From the IMG/VR virus record IMGVR_UViG_3300045988_175607, positions 47,956 through 111,955 of that record: DNA of 64,000 nt. The stretch is one strand, 5' to 3'. This DNA comes from a virus. Shown piece after piece: positions 13,701 through 26,500 of the stretch. The notes below the pieces were generated by a model. It was not told the origin of the DNA, made no database searches, and saw only the letters and a list, made by a program, of their open reading frames with translations. The position numbers and the translations under genes are program-made. The stretch's first letter is position 1. The number at the start of each line of letters is the position of its first letter.

Positions 13701-15278
13701 AAATTTCGCGCCATTACTTATACGCAAACAGGTATCATTGTTTTCATCTAAAAGCCATCCATTATTATACCAATTAAAGTTTTCAAATGTTGCTTTATAA
13801 TCACCTTGTTGCCATTTTTCACGGTTCGCCGCAGACTCACTATTAGAACGTCCAGCAGCGTCAAATGAAAGCATTAAATTTTCAGTGATAATATTCATAT
13901 CACGATTGGGGTCAGTTTTTACATTAAATGCAATTTCGCGGCGTACTTCACGTTCGCCTTCACCGCAAGATATGTAATAAAGATTTTCTTCATTAGTAGT
14001 GATATCGGTAATTTCAAAAATCTTATATTCTGATGCCGCAGTGAAATTTATAACCTATTGTTTAGATTCAAGTATTCTTGCATCTTTATAAAAATTAACA
14101 ATAGTGTTAGTTGGAGCTTTTGGATCATAGGCTAAGAAAGGGATTTGAATTTTATCATAGTTATAATACTCATTTTTATAAGCACCTATCCAAATAATCG
14201 GTAAATTACTTGAACCACTATTATAAGCAAATTCAAATTCAATAGGTTCTGGGCCAGCACCCTGTTTGTTATTTTCGTAAGAATATAATTCAAAACGTGC
14301 AGTATGAGTGCCATGTTCTAAAGCCGCAGTATTTATTATATAAGATTTTTCACCATTATTATTATAATCTAATATCTATTCGCTTACTAATTCATTATCT
14401 ACATAAAATAATAACTATTTAGTAATTGCGCCAGATACGTTACAATACATAATTGGCTTAACAGTAGAACTATATAAAGTTAAAGGTGAAAACTTTGAAC
14501 TGCGGCTAAGGGTTAAATTAACAGTAGTAACTTGTATATTACGCTTTACAGAAATACCACTATTAACGCCGGAAGCAGTCATCCACAAAGAACTTGTAGT
14601 ATTTTCTTTTAAGCGTTTACCAAATTCAAACTAAGTCCTTTCACCATTATTAACCTCAAAAGTACCGCGCATATAAGGAGTGCCTTCATCTTTAGTGCCT
14701 TCATATAAAGCCCAATTAACGGTTAATATATCATCTTCATAATCACCATTTGCATCTTGTTTTGCGGTTGCGGTAACATAAGTAGATACTTCTGTACCAT
14801 TAACAATTGTAGAGTGCGTTAAACCTTCAACTTTAAAGGTCATATTGCGGCCTCCACTGGGGTTATCGCCGCTTCCACCACCGCCACCACTTATAGACAA
14901 TCGTGCGCAATATATCTAATCATTGGGTTCATCAATAGTTAAAATCTAATAAAAAGCGCCATCATTTTTATTTAATATTAAATCGCCTTCATGACAATTT
15001 TCATAATTTTCTATTTTACTTAGCACTAAGATATAGCCAGTTTCTAAATCTGGATCTTCTACCGGTTTTTCATCAGCACCATAAAATAATGACACACCAT
15101 TATTACCTAATAGTATACGTTTCCCATCAGCATCCATAAAGATTTGACCACTGTCTTTTACCATATAAATATAACCTTCATTATATTTTTCAGCTTCTAA
15201 TCTATCTTTAGTCGTGCGAACGGGTCTAAATGCAGTTGCCATTATATTTTTTAACTCCTTTCTATCATTTCGTAACAT
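7731..15278 (-). CDS. Giant tail-associated protein (about 2515 codons, about 40 in-frame TAG); central region with possible CotH-like signature
   Basis: Eleven track ORFs (7887, 8370, 9078, 9426, 9939, 10791, 11268, 13629, 14631, 14946 ...) all share frame (coordinate mod 3 = 0); every junction translated by hand contains only TAG; TAA at 7731-7733; ATG 15278 follows a terminator. Motif ...GGDYIWYPIFYDMDTQLG... resembles the CotH W-x-x-IPWD-x-D core. Gly-rich linker GGGGGSGDNPSGG. Confidence 0.45.
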
Positions 15279-15318
15279 AATAAAAAAAGGGAAAGGAACA
15301 AAAAGCCCCTTTCCCTTT
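15279..15318 (-). terminator. Rho-independent terminator (AAAGGGAAAGG/CCTTTCCCTTT) after the 666-aa fibre gene
   Basis: 11-bp perfect inverted repeat with an 11-nt loop; A-run on plus gives the minus T-tract. Confidence 0.6.
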
Positions 15319-15381
15319 TTATTATTCCTCTAAGGAAATTAAAAATTATATCTATTTATTTATTGAATTTCGTCCAATTAA

Positions 15382-17382
15382 TTAAAACGTACCCCAAACC
15401 AGATCAAATGTTACGGTAGCAACACCTTCAGCAGCAGTTGTAGTCTTAATAGAAATATTCTGATTACCAGTTGCCGCAACATAATTGACTTGAGCAGTCT
15501 TTGCGTTAGTGGCATCTTTAGTTTTTACAGAATGAACTACGCCTTGGCCATTTTCAGAAGCTGCAACAGTGAAAGTATCAATATCATTATGAGTATCTTT
15601 CAGAGTGTATTCCTTAGCGGTTACGCTAGTAACATGACCATTCTTATCATAAGCTACTTCATGAGCAGTAACAACAACGGCCTCATCAGTCTTCTGACTT
15701 ACCTTGGAAGCAGTAGGTGCGGCAACAGCAGCGCCAGGAGCAGCATGGCTGACCTTTATGTTCTGATATTTGCCATCAGCTTCAGTATTATTAACGGCAA
15801 CAGCAATATTGTCACCAGCTTCTAAGGTAAGCTGACCAACAACATTAGCAGCCATACCATCAGGAGCAAGCTTAATACCAACTTTGCCTTCATCTTCTAC
15901 ACGAGAGAAGCTATAAGTAGTATTTTCTTCATCGCCAGAAGGTACAACATACCATTTTAATCCGCTAGTAATAACGCCACCGACTTCATCGCCAGTAGCA
16001 ACGATTAAGTCGCCAGTCTTTACATTGGCGGCCGCGGCACTGCCTTCAACACTACCCGCAGGAATGGTGAAGTCACCAGTGGCTTTATAAGTCCAGCCAA
16101 TTTCTTGAGCGCCAGTAGGAACAGCAGTAGCGACTCCCTTGAATACCATGGCGTCCATGCTCTGCTTAGCAGCAGTAATCTTATCGTCGATAACCTTTGT
16201 AGAAATAGTGGCTACACCATTTACAAAGGAAACAGACTCGCCGCCTTCAAGCTTAACTTTAGGATCAAATGTATTGGTTACACCAACATCACTGGAAGTA
16301 TCTTTAACAGTTACCTTAAAACCAGTGGCCTGACTATCTACAGCAACGCTATCAAGCTTTGTATCAGCAGCAGAAACGGTGATGGCAGTACCATCTTGAG
16401 CCACTGTTACATTGTCACCACCAGCAATACTAAGTTCAGAGCTAGCACTATTAGCAAGGTCAGACTTTAAAGTAATCTTAGCAGTATTTTCAGTAGCTGC
16501 GGTTTCACCATTTAAAGAGAAATGGCTACCCTTAATCTTAACAGTTTTAGCAGCAGTATCAGTGCTAATGTTAATATCATTACCATCAGCAGCAATCTTA
16601 AAGCTATCCTTTACAGGATCAGTCTGAAGGCTATCTTTAACCGCGCTTTCAATAGTAGCAGTTTGACCCTCTTGAGAAACTGTAAAAGTAGTGGACTCAA
16701 CAGAACCAACTTCAGTAGTAGCATTAACAGTAATATCACCATTAGTACCACGCACTAAACTAATTGCATTACCAGCTTTTAAATTAACAGAACCAATCTT
16801 ACCCTTACGAGTGGTATCTGCAGCGTTATCACGATTTAAATCAATCGCTACACCACCAGTAATAGCACTAGAACCGATTGAATAAGTATCACCAGTTAAT
16901 TTAATACCATCAGTGCCATTAGCGGTCAGAACAAGATCTGCACCAACAAACTTCAGAGCAGCAGACTTATTATTAGTAGCATCAAGATCTTTACCATCAC
17001 GAACAAAAGCAAGGGTTGTAGTTGCAGTAGCCGCATTATCAGCAACAGCAACAGCAGTACTTACAGAAGAAACCTGAGTATCAGTATCAGGATTAATCTG
17101 CACCCATTGCTGACCATTATAAACACAAAGAATGTTTTCAGCAGTAGCATAATAGAAATGACCAATCTCATTAGAGAGATCGGCGCCCGAAGGCAGATTG
17201 GCTATAGCCGCAACAGTTGTTACGCCTTCATTAAGAGCAACCAGCTCAGTTGCAGATTTACCAAAATATAAACGATTAGTATCATTAGTTAAATAGAAAG
17301 AGCCCTCTTTAATACCAGTTTTACCGGCCATTAAGGTATTTAAACCACTTTGAGAACCCCTCAAAAATCCAACATTAGCCAT
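15382..17382 (-). CDS. Tail fibre protein (666 aa), TAG-free, Ala/Thr/Val/Gly-rich
   Basis: Complete standard ORF; SD AAAGGAGAT + ATG 17382; TAA 15382. N-terminus FLRGSQSGLNTLMAGKTGIKEGSFYLTNDTNRLYFG matches the conserved phage tail-fibre/HylP-type N-terminal motif (RG...GE.g.etDT..lkiGdG); visibly higher GC than its neighbours. Confidence 0.7.
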   Translation of the reverse strand: MANVGFLRGSQSGLNTLMAGKTGIKEGSFYLTNDTNRLYFGKSATELVALNEGVTTVAAIANLPSGADLSNEIGHFYYATAENILCVYNGQQWVQINPDTDTQVSSVSTAVAVADNAATATTTLAFVRDGKDLDATNNKSAALKFVGADLVLTANGTDGIKLTGDTYSIGSSAITGGVAIDLNRDNAADTTRKGKIGSVNLKAGNAISLVRGTNGDITVNATTEVGSVESTTFTVSQEGQTATIESAVKDSLQTDPVKDSFKIAADGNDINISTDTAAKTVKIKGSHFSLNGETAATENTAKITLKSDLANSASSELSIAGGDNVTVAQDGTAITVSAADTKLDSVAVDSQATGFKVTVKDTSSDVGVTNTFDPKVKLEGGESVSFVNGVATISTKVIDDKITAAKQSMDAMVFKGVATAVPTGAQEIGWTYKATGDFTIPAGSVEGSAAAANVKTGDLIVATGDEVGGVITSGLKWYVVPSGDEENTTYSFSRVEDEGKVGIKLAPDGMAANVVGQLTLEAGDNIAVAVNNTEADGKYQNIKVSHAAPGAAVAAPTASKVSQKTDEAVVVTAHEVAYDKNGHVTSVTAKEYTLKDTHNDIDTFTVAASENGQGVVHSVKTKDATNAKTAQVNYVAATGNQNISIKTTTAAEGVATVTFDLVWGTF

Positions 17383-17408
17383 TGATTAAATATCTCCTTT
17401 TAGTTAGA

Positions 17409-18137
17409 TTATTCACCAGCAGGAATATCAGCCCACTGTAAAGCAGTTTCTATAGTAGTAATACGAGTTTCGTGATCTTCTACAGAAACTTTTAAATTAG
17501 ATACTACAGTTTTTAAGCCAGGAACAGTAACTTGCTCTTCGCCTTCACCAGTAGTAGTGTCATTAATAATGTCTTCAAGAGCTTTTACGCGAGTGTCTAA
17601 TTCTAACGTAGGATGCTCTTGAATTTTATCGACCGTATCTTGTAAATTGCCGACAGTAGTATTCATGGTGGTTAAGCGCTCTTCAAGAGCATCTAACATA
17701 CCATCAATTTCACCAACATCAACAGTTACCCATGTACCATCGCCACGCAAGAACTTAGTCTGATCGCCAATCGCGGGAGCAGGAACATAACCAGCTTTAC
17801 CAGCCGCATCAGGCTTAGCACCAACCATTGTTTCGATTTTAACAAGGTCAGATATAGGTTTATTTATCCATTTTTCGCTTGTTGAATCATAAACCAGAAC
17901 ATCATTAGTGCCAAGGGTTTCAGAAAGATTAATATTACCTAATTCACCAAGAGAAATTTCGCTGGGGACTACTCCACCAGAGCTGGTAGAACCAGTAATT
18001 TCAATATCACCCAAGAACAAACGACCAGTTTGAGAATCAGCCGCCGCCGTAGTGAAATATAAGGTATCCTTATCTTTTACTGCCAACTTGACATAATTAT
18101 CGTATAGACCGCGCAAGAATTTTACATACTGAGTCAA
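17409..18137 (-). CDS. Tail fibre/neck fibre protein (242 aa), TAG-free, coiled-coil C-terminus
   Basis: SD AAAGGAGTG + TTG 18137; TAA 17409; N-terminus KFLRGLYDNYVKLAVKDKDTLYFTTAAADSQTGRLFLG shares the fibre N-terminal motif with the next gene. Confidence 0.65.
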   Translation of the reverse strand: MTQYVKFLRGLYDNYVKLAVKDKDTLYFTTAAADSQTGRLFLGDIEITGSTSSGGVVPSEISLGELGNINLSETLGTNDVLVYDSTSEKWINKPISDLVKIETMVGAKPDAAGKAGYVPAPAIGDQTKFLRGDGTWVTVDVGEIDGMLDALEERLTTMNTTVGNLQDTVDKIQEHPTLELDTRVKALEDIINDTTTGEGEEQVTVPGLKTVVSNLKVSVEDHETRITTIETALQWADIPAGE

Positions 18138-18202
18138 TGAAATTCACTCCTTTTCTTTTTAAATTCTTCACCTAATAGTCAAATTTACTGTTTATTAATT
18201 AA

Positions 18203-18233
18203 AACGACTTGGCCTTATTAAGGCCAAGTCGTT
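18203..18233 (-). terminator. Perfect 14-bp hairpin AACGACTTGGCCTTA-TT-AAGGCCAAGTCGTT
   Basis: Immediately downstream of the TAA at 18244 of the giant fibre gene and upstream of the 18137 start. Confidence 0.6.
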
Positions 18234-18243
18234 CTTATAAAAA

Positions 18244-21200
18244 TTAAGCTTTGTTTTCTAAAGCGGCAATCCTTTGTTCTAAACTATTTATTTTATTCCA
18301 CAAACGTTTAATATAATTGTTTAAAGTAGCTTCGCCAGTAGGCTCAATAATACTATCAGTAGTTTCATTGGCGTAGCCTTTAACTACACTTGAACCAATA
18401 TCAGCGCTTATACCTTTAGTATACTTATGCTTGCCAATAATATGACCAGCTTCATCATATTCTATATCATATAATACAGGTTCTTCTGTATTGGGCTTAT
18501 CACTTGTATCAACTACAGAAATCTTATGTGCAACCTATAATTGATCATTAACTGTTCGTGGTAATGTCCAATCGCTTTGATACTCTTGTATACGACTTAA
18601 CCACATTGTTTTTTCTGGGTCAGCTAAAGCATTTGCTTTAGTTTTTAATTCTGCCGCATTAGTTAACTCTAAAGTACCTTCAGCAAATGTTGCACCGAAG
18701 CCTAATAATTCATTATAATAGTGCGGTTCGCGCTTGCCGCCATCAGGAACAAACACACCTCTTAATTGAATCCACTTATTAACTGAAGTTATTTCTAAAG
18801 GTTTCTATGTTGAGGTAGTCTTAAGTAAACCGCCTGAAACCATACTGCCACGCACCGGCACTTCCTCAGCAATTGGCGAGCTATATATCGCGCTATTCTC
18901 TGGAATCGCAGTAAATATATCGCGTGGATGACTGGTCTCATAAGGATTATTATCTCCGCGTGCAGTCACACTATTTTCGAATTCAGCTATCCAAGATAAA
19001 TATAAATTATATTCAGTCTCAGTAAGATTGCCATTATTTTTCTCTTCAAGCCAAGCCGCAAGTAAAGCGTCTTTATTTTCTATTACTTTTGGATTATCAA
19101 GATTAAATATAGCACCTTGATAAGAAAGTTCAAGCATCCTACTAAAATAAGGCTAATAATTTAAATTATTAATTACTATGTCTTTAAAATGAGTAGGCAA
19201 TGGCGCAATCTTATTTTGTTTACCAACTACATGTCCAGTTTCATCAATAAGATAATCACGCAATAAAATAGTACCATTATATTTATTATCAGTATAAGCC
19301 ATGTTATAAAGGTCATAAACATTAGGACTATTTTCTAATGAAGGTTTAATATCTTCAAGTTTGTGATAATTGTGATGAATGCTTAAAATATTATTATTTT
19401 TATCATTATTAATATTAACAGTAATCCATTGTTTATTAATCATAGCTGGATCGCTATAATCATGTTTATAAATATCTTGGTCAATAATATCATCACTGTC
19501 ATTTTCAAAAGTATAAGTAGTTTCAAAAAAGGGAATATTTTCATTACACCATTCTGCAGAAGGCTCGTTTCCAGCACCAAATGCCGATGTTAAATCAATT
19601 AACATCATTCCATCTATATAAAAATCTTTAATGCTACAAGCAATAGTAAGAGAAGTTGATACAACATTCTCTTCCTATAATGCACTCGGTTCATAAATAT
19701 ATGTTTGAGACTACCAATCATCTATATCAGTTTTTTTACCCGTCATTTCTATAAGCTTAAACTAAACTATTTGAACATTATTAGAATAATTAAGACGAAA
19801 ACTTACTATGCTACCTGTTCCATATGAATTAGTATAACAAACAAAACAATATTTATGATTTAAAAAAACCTAAATATCTTTAGAAGGTGTTAAATATATA
19901 ACATTATCTTCACTATCTTTTACTCTTGTGAGTGAAGTTTCTCCAAAATATTTTTTTGAAGAATCATATTTAGCATTATTGCTGAATGTCCATGCCTTAT
20001 TTTCAAATGATGGATCGAAAATAAGATTAGTTAAAGTAACATTTTTTGTTACAACAGGCTCTTTAGTAAAATTAATGCTATTACTCTAATCAGTGCTAAT
20101 TTTAGCACTAATTATTTTACCAAACTGATCAACCGTCAACAGTGATTTAGGAGTAAGTGTATCGAATGTATTTAAAATATCATTCATCAAATTAATGCAA
20201 CCCTAAACTGTTTTATTATCACGAGATGTTTCATTATCAATCTCTAATAACGCATTTAGTTTAAGAATTAATCCATGAATAGTATTCAGTCCATCAGCAA
20301 ATCCAACCAATTCACTAAATTCATAACCCATCTATTGGCCTATTAATGATAAACCATCAACAACTACTTTATAATCAGTATCCCATTTTTGTCCAATAGT
20401 GTAGTCATAATCATATTCTTTAGAACCATCAATTGCTTCAATATAATAATTGACATCATCAATAAATTCATAATAATACTTTTCTTTAGTGTCTGCGCGG
20501 TTTTCACCAACTAAAAGCCCCTTAACCGCAACAATACTAGTCCAAGCTTGACCTAAAGGATAATTAGTTTTTAAAGCTGTCTATTCATCAGCATTTAAAT
20601 CAGTTAAATCATAACCAACAATCTGATAATTAATACCTTCCTCTAATACATATTCATCTCTATCAAGCGCGGCAATGGGGGAAGTTGCAAGAGTTAAACC
20701 TTCAATATAAGTTTTATTGGCAGTATCCCAGATTTGACCAACCTGATATTGCTTTTTAAAGTTTTCAAATTCCTCTGTGGGCATACCAGCACTATTTTCA
20801 ACTTGAGTAATTTGATAAATAATACCATCGCGGAATACCCATTCGCGCTCGTAAATTGAACCAATTAATGTAAGTTCAGTTTGGCCCTCTTCATAATAAC
20901 CCAAAACAATACCATCAATAAATTCTCGACCATAAGGCCAAACTTCATGATTTTCATAAATTGAACCATACTTTTCTTGAAGCTCTTGAATTTTTTCTTC
21001 AGTAAGGCTTGTGCCACTACCAATTTCTTTAGCTATATAATAATCAACACCATCTTGCATATTATAATATAACTTCTAATCGGTTGCAGCAACATATTGA
21101 GATAATGTGACACCAGGAACTACTTTATCTCCTTCAGTCCAGATGTCTCCAATAACGTATTTTTCTAAAAGCTCATCAATATCTTCTAAAGCAGAAATTT

Positions 21201-23157
21201 GATATTGAGTCCCAACAGCCATATCATAACGAGACACTTGAACAACTTCAGCGACGCTAGATGCCAACTAAATACCCTACCGCACTTTTGTATCACTAAT
21301 AGACCAAGCAGTACCAACATTTAACCCACTTGTGCCAGCATCAACAATATAATATTTTTTATCAGGCTTAAAAATGTAAGATAAACTAGTCTAATCACTA
21401 ATTGTTACATCAATAATATCAGGCGCAAGAACAATACCATCTATTACATCAGTTAATTCAGTATTCCACTTTTGTCCTACTTTAAAATGCTGATTAATAT
21501 AAGTGGCCTAATCTTTGTCAAATTGCGCATTTGAACCATCTTCTAAATAAGCAATATAATAATTACGTCCAGGTTTAAATACATATTTACCATCTACAGA
21601 AGCAACTGTTGTAAGTAAACCTTCTTTATATCTTTTAACTAAGTCAGTATTACGAATACGATAATATTTTTGATTCTGATAATAAATTTTATCTAAATCA
21701 ATATTATTAAAATCTTGTAAATCAATATGATTATCGTCATTAGTAACAATAATCATACCCATTAAATCATGTACTGAATTAATACAACCCGCAAGAGTGT
21801 TAATTTTATCAGTATCATAGCTATATCCATTACCTTCTGGATTAATACTTACAAGACGTAAACCATTTTTATTATCCCAATCAACATTAAGATTACGATT
21901 CAAAGAACCATTCTATTCTTCTGAACCATAAACTAAATCCCAAACATGAGCTAAAGTATTACCTAAAGAAGGCAACATAACGCTAATTTCTTGAGTATCT
22001 TCACTCACAGCTAAACGATTAGTACCATCATGTTGGTTATATAAATGACCACTATATCCAGTAGGCTCAATAGAAATTTTATCTGTTATATTTTCATCAG
22101 CATAAGAAATATGTTCAGGGTCAAAGCCCGCTTTATTGTAATAAATCGCGGCGGGAATCTTACTTTCTGCGGTTTGCCACTATTTGGTTTCCGCATTAAA
22201 ATACTGCTTTTGGCTTGTATTATTTTCAGTATCCATCTTAATTTGAGACCAAGAAGTTTCTTCATCAGAAGGATAATCTTTTACATCATTAGTCAAAATA
22301 GTAGAATTAGTAAATAATTCACTTTTATTACCATTCTCATCAAGTACTGGGCCAGTAAATTGTTCAGCACCTTTAATCCTTAATCCCCATGAAGGCTACC
22401 AATGTAATTGATAAAATTTATTGGTGCTGTCAGTATCAAAGTGCGGCGCCATAGGTACAATACTTGGTGCATCCGCGGAAATACCAAGTGCAGGCATCGT
22501 GGAATTAAGTTCCGCAATCATTATATATTGTTCTTTATTATCTTTATAAACCTTTTGCCAAACGGTAGAATCCCAACCGCGCCCTTTACCATAAATAGAA
22601 GTATCTAAAGCATAATTACGCACATAAGCAGAATTTGCACTGGTTAAAATAGTAAACACAGATTGACCATTTACCAATTTAGCTTGATAATAAAGAGTCG
22701 TAGAACCGTTTAATGTTCCAATATCAATAGGTTCGTGCGAATCAGTTGATGTATTATAATTAAAACGCTCAGTAATTTTACCATTTTTATCAGTAACAGT
22801 TGCTGGAACGCGCACTACATCGCCTTGCCGCACTTGACAATAATTTAAACTTACTGTTGAACTGGGTACAACCTCTAATTCATATGCCGCAGGAAACTCG
22901 ACTGCGCCATCAAGCACTTCTTGAATACTTGCGCCCTCTTTTTGTTTAAAACTTGCATATAGCTTACCATCGGGTGCTAAATAACAAGATTTAAAACTAT
23001 CATCGCTACCTTCAGAATCATATTCCACTAAAACCAAACGATTTACATAAATACCATCAGTCTTAATATTATGATCCATTTCATAGCGGCTAGAATAAAT
23101 TTTATCAAAATTGAACTGGGCGCGGTCTAAATTTACCACTTTTCCATAAAAACTCAT
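18244..23157 (-). CDS. Giant tail fibre / receptor-binding protein (about 1637 codons) with internal CBM-like module
   Basis: Track ORFs 22396, 21508, 21076, 20581, 19153, 18805 and 18535 all have mod 3 = 1 and are joined by TAG; ATG 23157 is preceded by TAA; TAA 18244; internal ...FDPSFENKAWTF... and IDLTSAFGAGNEPSAEWCNENIPFFE. Two junction stretches were not translated by hand. Confidence 0.45.
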
Positions 23158-23529
23158 TTAAACCGTTTCCTCCTCATCATCTTGATTATAAACTATATCA
23201 ACAATTAAATAAGCACTATCATTGGAAGATATAGAAGTTATAGAAGAAGCATCAAATGAAATTGCAGTAATTTCACTCAATCCCTCTAAATCTAATTCAT
23301 AAATTCCAGTAGCACCAATAATAATTGGATTATCCGCATTATTTAAATAAAACTTAGTCCCTGGAACCGTCTAAATGCCCAATTGTGTTATGGGCAAATA
23401 GGCGGAAAAAATACTACCAGAGGTAAGTTTAGCTTTAGTAATTGCGCCAGATATTCCGCTAGTTCGATTTGGCTAATTCTCTAAAGAACTATCATTATAA
23501 TAGCGGAATTGCATTACTTTTCTTGCCAT
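23158..23529 (-). CDS. Hypothetical small protein (about 123 codons, 2 in-frame TAG)
   Basis: SD AAGGAGGATAAGGAGA + ATG 23529; hand translation runs to TAA at 23158-23160. Confidence 0.45.
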
Positions 23530-23547
23530 TCTCCTTATCCTCCTTAA

Positions 23548-26500
23548 TTAATAAATTCGATCAACTACTTTAGTTGCTTTTATATTCATTAATCCATTAT
23601 GAGTTAATGGTATTGTTAAGGTTTGAATATTATACAAACCATTAATTTTACTTGTTTCATCGTATATTGAAATCTAAGTGTTAGGTTCTAATGTATATAT
23701 AGGTATTGCATTTACAGTTACAGACTCAACACAATAGGAATAATTATATACCATATTGTCTATAACTGAATGCGCATCTTTTCCTTGTGCGCTAATACTA
23801 AACATATTTTCATATTCAGCATTTAAATATATATAACTATAACCATCTCTTATTTCTCCTTGCGCTTTTAACTCATCATACTAATTTTTATTAGTTAAAA
23901 AAATCACCGTAGGAGTTTCTCTATAATAGATGGCCGTTACCTTATCATCATTAATTGCTTTAGGCCTATCTCCAACTATATTAATAGAATACTTCTCTAA
24001 ATCATCACCGTCTAAGAAATCTAACCAATAATTTAAAACTTCAGGAGCATTAACCACATTTTTATTCCAATAATATAATGATTTATCAACGCCGTCAATA
24101 GGCTTATAATATTGGCAAGTTTTAGTATAATATGAACGATTTTTCTTAGGCTCATAAATTACAATATCTTCAATTCCATCTTGAACAAACACATTTTTTA
24201 AAGCTTGCTACGCCGCATAATCTTCTACGGTTTCAATTACTTTATAAACACTATATTCAGTCGGCACAATTTCATATCCTGATAAAGTTGCAGTAGATTC
24301 TTTAAGATAATATCCCTTAGTAATTTTACAGAAAATGATATCTTCTCTGCCCCATACCTCATCATCTTTTGGATTAGTATGGTTTACTTCTGGATAACGA
24401 TAATAGGGAGATATCACTTTATCTTTTCTGAAAGAATATAAGCCATTTGCACCTTTACTCATAACCGCAAGATATTCCTTAAGAACAGCATCGTATTCAT
24501 AAATATCAGTATATTCAGAAAAAGTTTGATGATATCCATCAATATAATGGTCAGTTTTCTCATAATAGATTTTCTTAGAATCATATATACTATCTTCAGT
24601 CAATTTTAAAAACTTATCATCTATATTTACATCTTGATAAATGTAACAATTATGAGTTTTCTTTGCATTGACTAAACTATTATCACTAGTAACTAAAGCG
24701 ATATTGGGATTATCATTTTCTGGTATAAAAAAGCCATAAGTATTTTGAAAATGCACTTCTTGCCCATTTATATATTCTGTATATTCGGTATTATAAGAAC
24801 CATTTAGCGCATAATAATATAAAGGTTCAAGCTCCTCTTCTTCTTCTGCATCTGCAAAAATATAAATATTTTCGTCAAATGGAATATTTTGATTACACCA
24901 ATCTAAATTAGGCTCTTGTCCCGCGCCATATTTACGAGTTAAATCTATCATAACAAAAGGTGCAACTAAGCCATTAGCACCGTCAGTATTTTCAGATAAA
25001 GTGGTGATTATAAATTTAAGCGCATCATAATCTTTTAAAGTAAAAATATTCGCATATCGGAACTAATTTTCTGATTCTTTAAATTGCGGGAACCATCCTT
25101 TGCTATGATCTGAAATAACATTTGCATATAAACCCTATAAAATTCTAAATATTGTAGCAGAAGCATAGGAATGTACTGCAATATAATATTTATGAGCTGA
25201 AGAAATTTTTGCTTGTTTATTTATTTTATGAAAAGTATATTCACTCTCAAAATAAGGAATATTTGCATCACACCATTCTCTTGTAGGCTCTTTACCCTCA
25301 CCAAAAGCTTCAGTTAAATCAATTAATATTATATCATCTATACAAATAATACTTGATGTATTTACACCTATTCCAAAATTAAATTTAGAAATATGGCTTG
25401 TAGATCCAGTAATTAACTTTGAATGTCGATACCATTTTTTTTCCAAATGCCTTCCATACCAAGTATTATTAATATTATAATTAATATTTGCCGCTCCATA
25501 GTTATAATATATACCATTTATAAGTTGAGTTATTTTTACACTTGACGCAAAATTTGGACTGTGACAAGCGATATAAAAAATATGATTTTCAATATTTGGT
25601 GTAATTATAACGTTGTTTGATGGTGGAAAGAAAAAATCCTCATAAGTTTGCTCTTTTTTAGTTGTTAATGAAACATTTCCACTCAAACTTAAATCTGTAT
25701 TATATATAATGCTAGAATCTTCTAAAATAAAGCTCTTGTTTTCAAAAGAGGGGTCAGGAGCTAAATTAGTTAAAATTATATCATTAACTTCTTCTTCCTT
25801 CTCATCAATATTTATATAATCTAAATTAGTAAAATACATATTAGTACGCTATACGTAAACATTATCATATTGCAGGCATAATGCAAACATATTGCTATTA
25901 GTAATTTCAACTAATTTATTCGGCTCATCAGGATATAAATATTTTATTTTTTCAATATAGCCCAATTTATTGCCTTCAGACCAATCGCTATCATAATTAT
26001 CATCAAAAAATCCAAAAGCTTCAGAAACCTCAATACTAAAGGGCCGACACCAATAAGTCTAAACAAAATTATTCCAGATTTCTTTTGCAGATTTTCTAAA
26101 TGTATTATATATTTCTAACTAATGAGAACGTTGTTCTAAATTAAATACAGCTTCTTGCATAGATAATATTTTTTTCTTAACCTTATTATCTAACTCAGTC
26201 TATACTTCATAAGTTGAATATTTTTCATCTGCGCAATTAATTCGACGAGATTCATATCCCACTTCAGGCTCTAATGAAGTTGCTCTATCAATAATTTCAG
26301 GAGTTATTTTTACCGCATTTGGCCACATTGGTTTATAAGGCAGCAAATGAACAAAACCAGTAGATTGACAATAATGTTTTTTGTCTTTATAACAATTACC
26401 AACCTATTGATAATCGCGCACATAAGAAAAATATAATTCAGAAAAATTACCATCTTCTGTTTTTATATAATACTTAGTACCAAAATCAACTGGATGAGTC

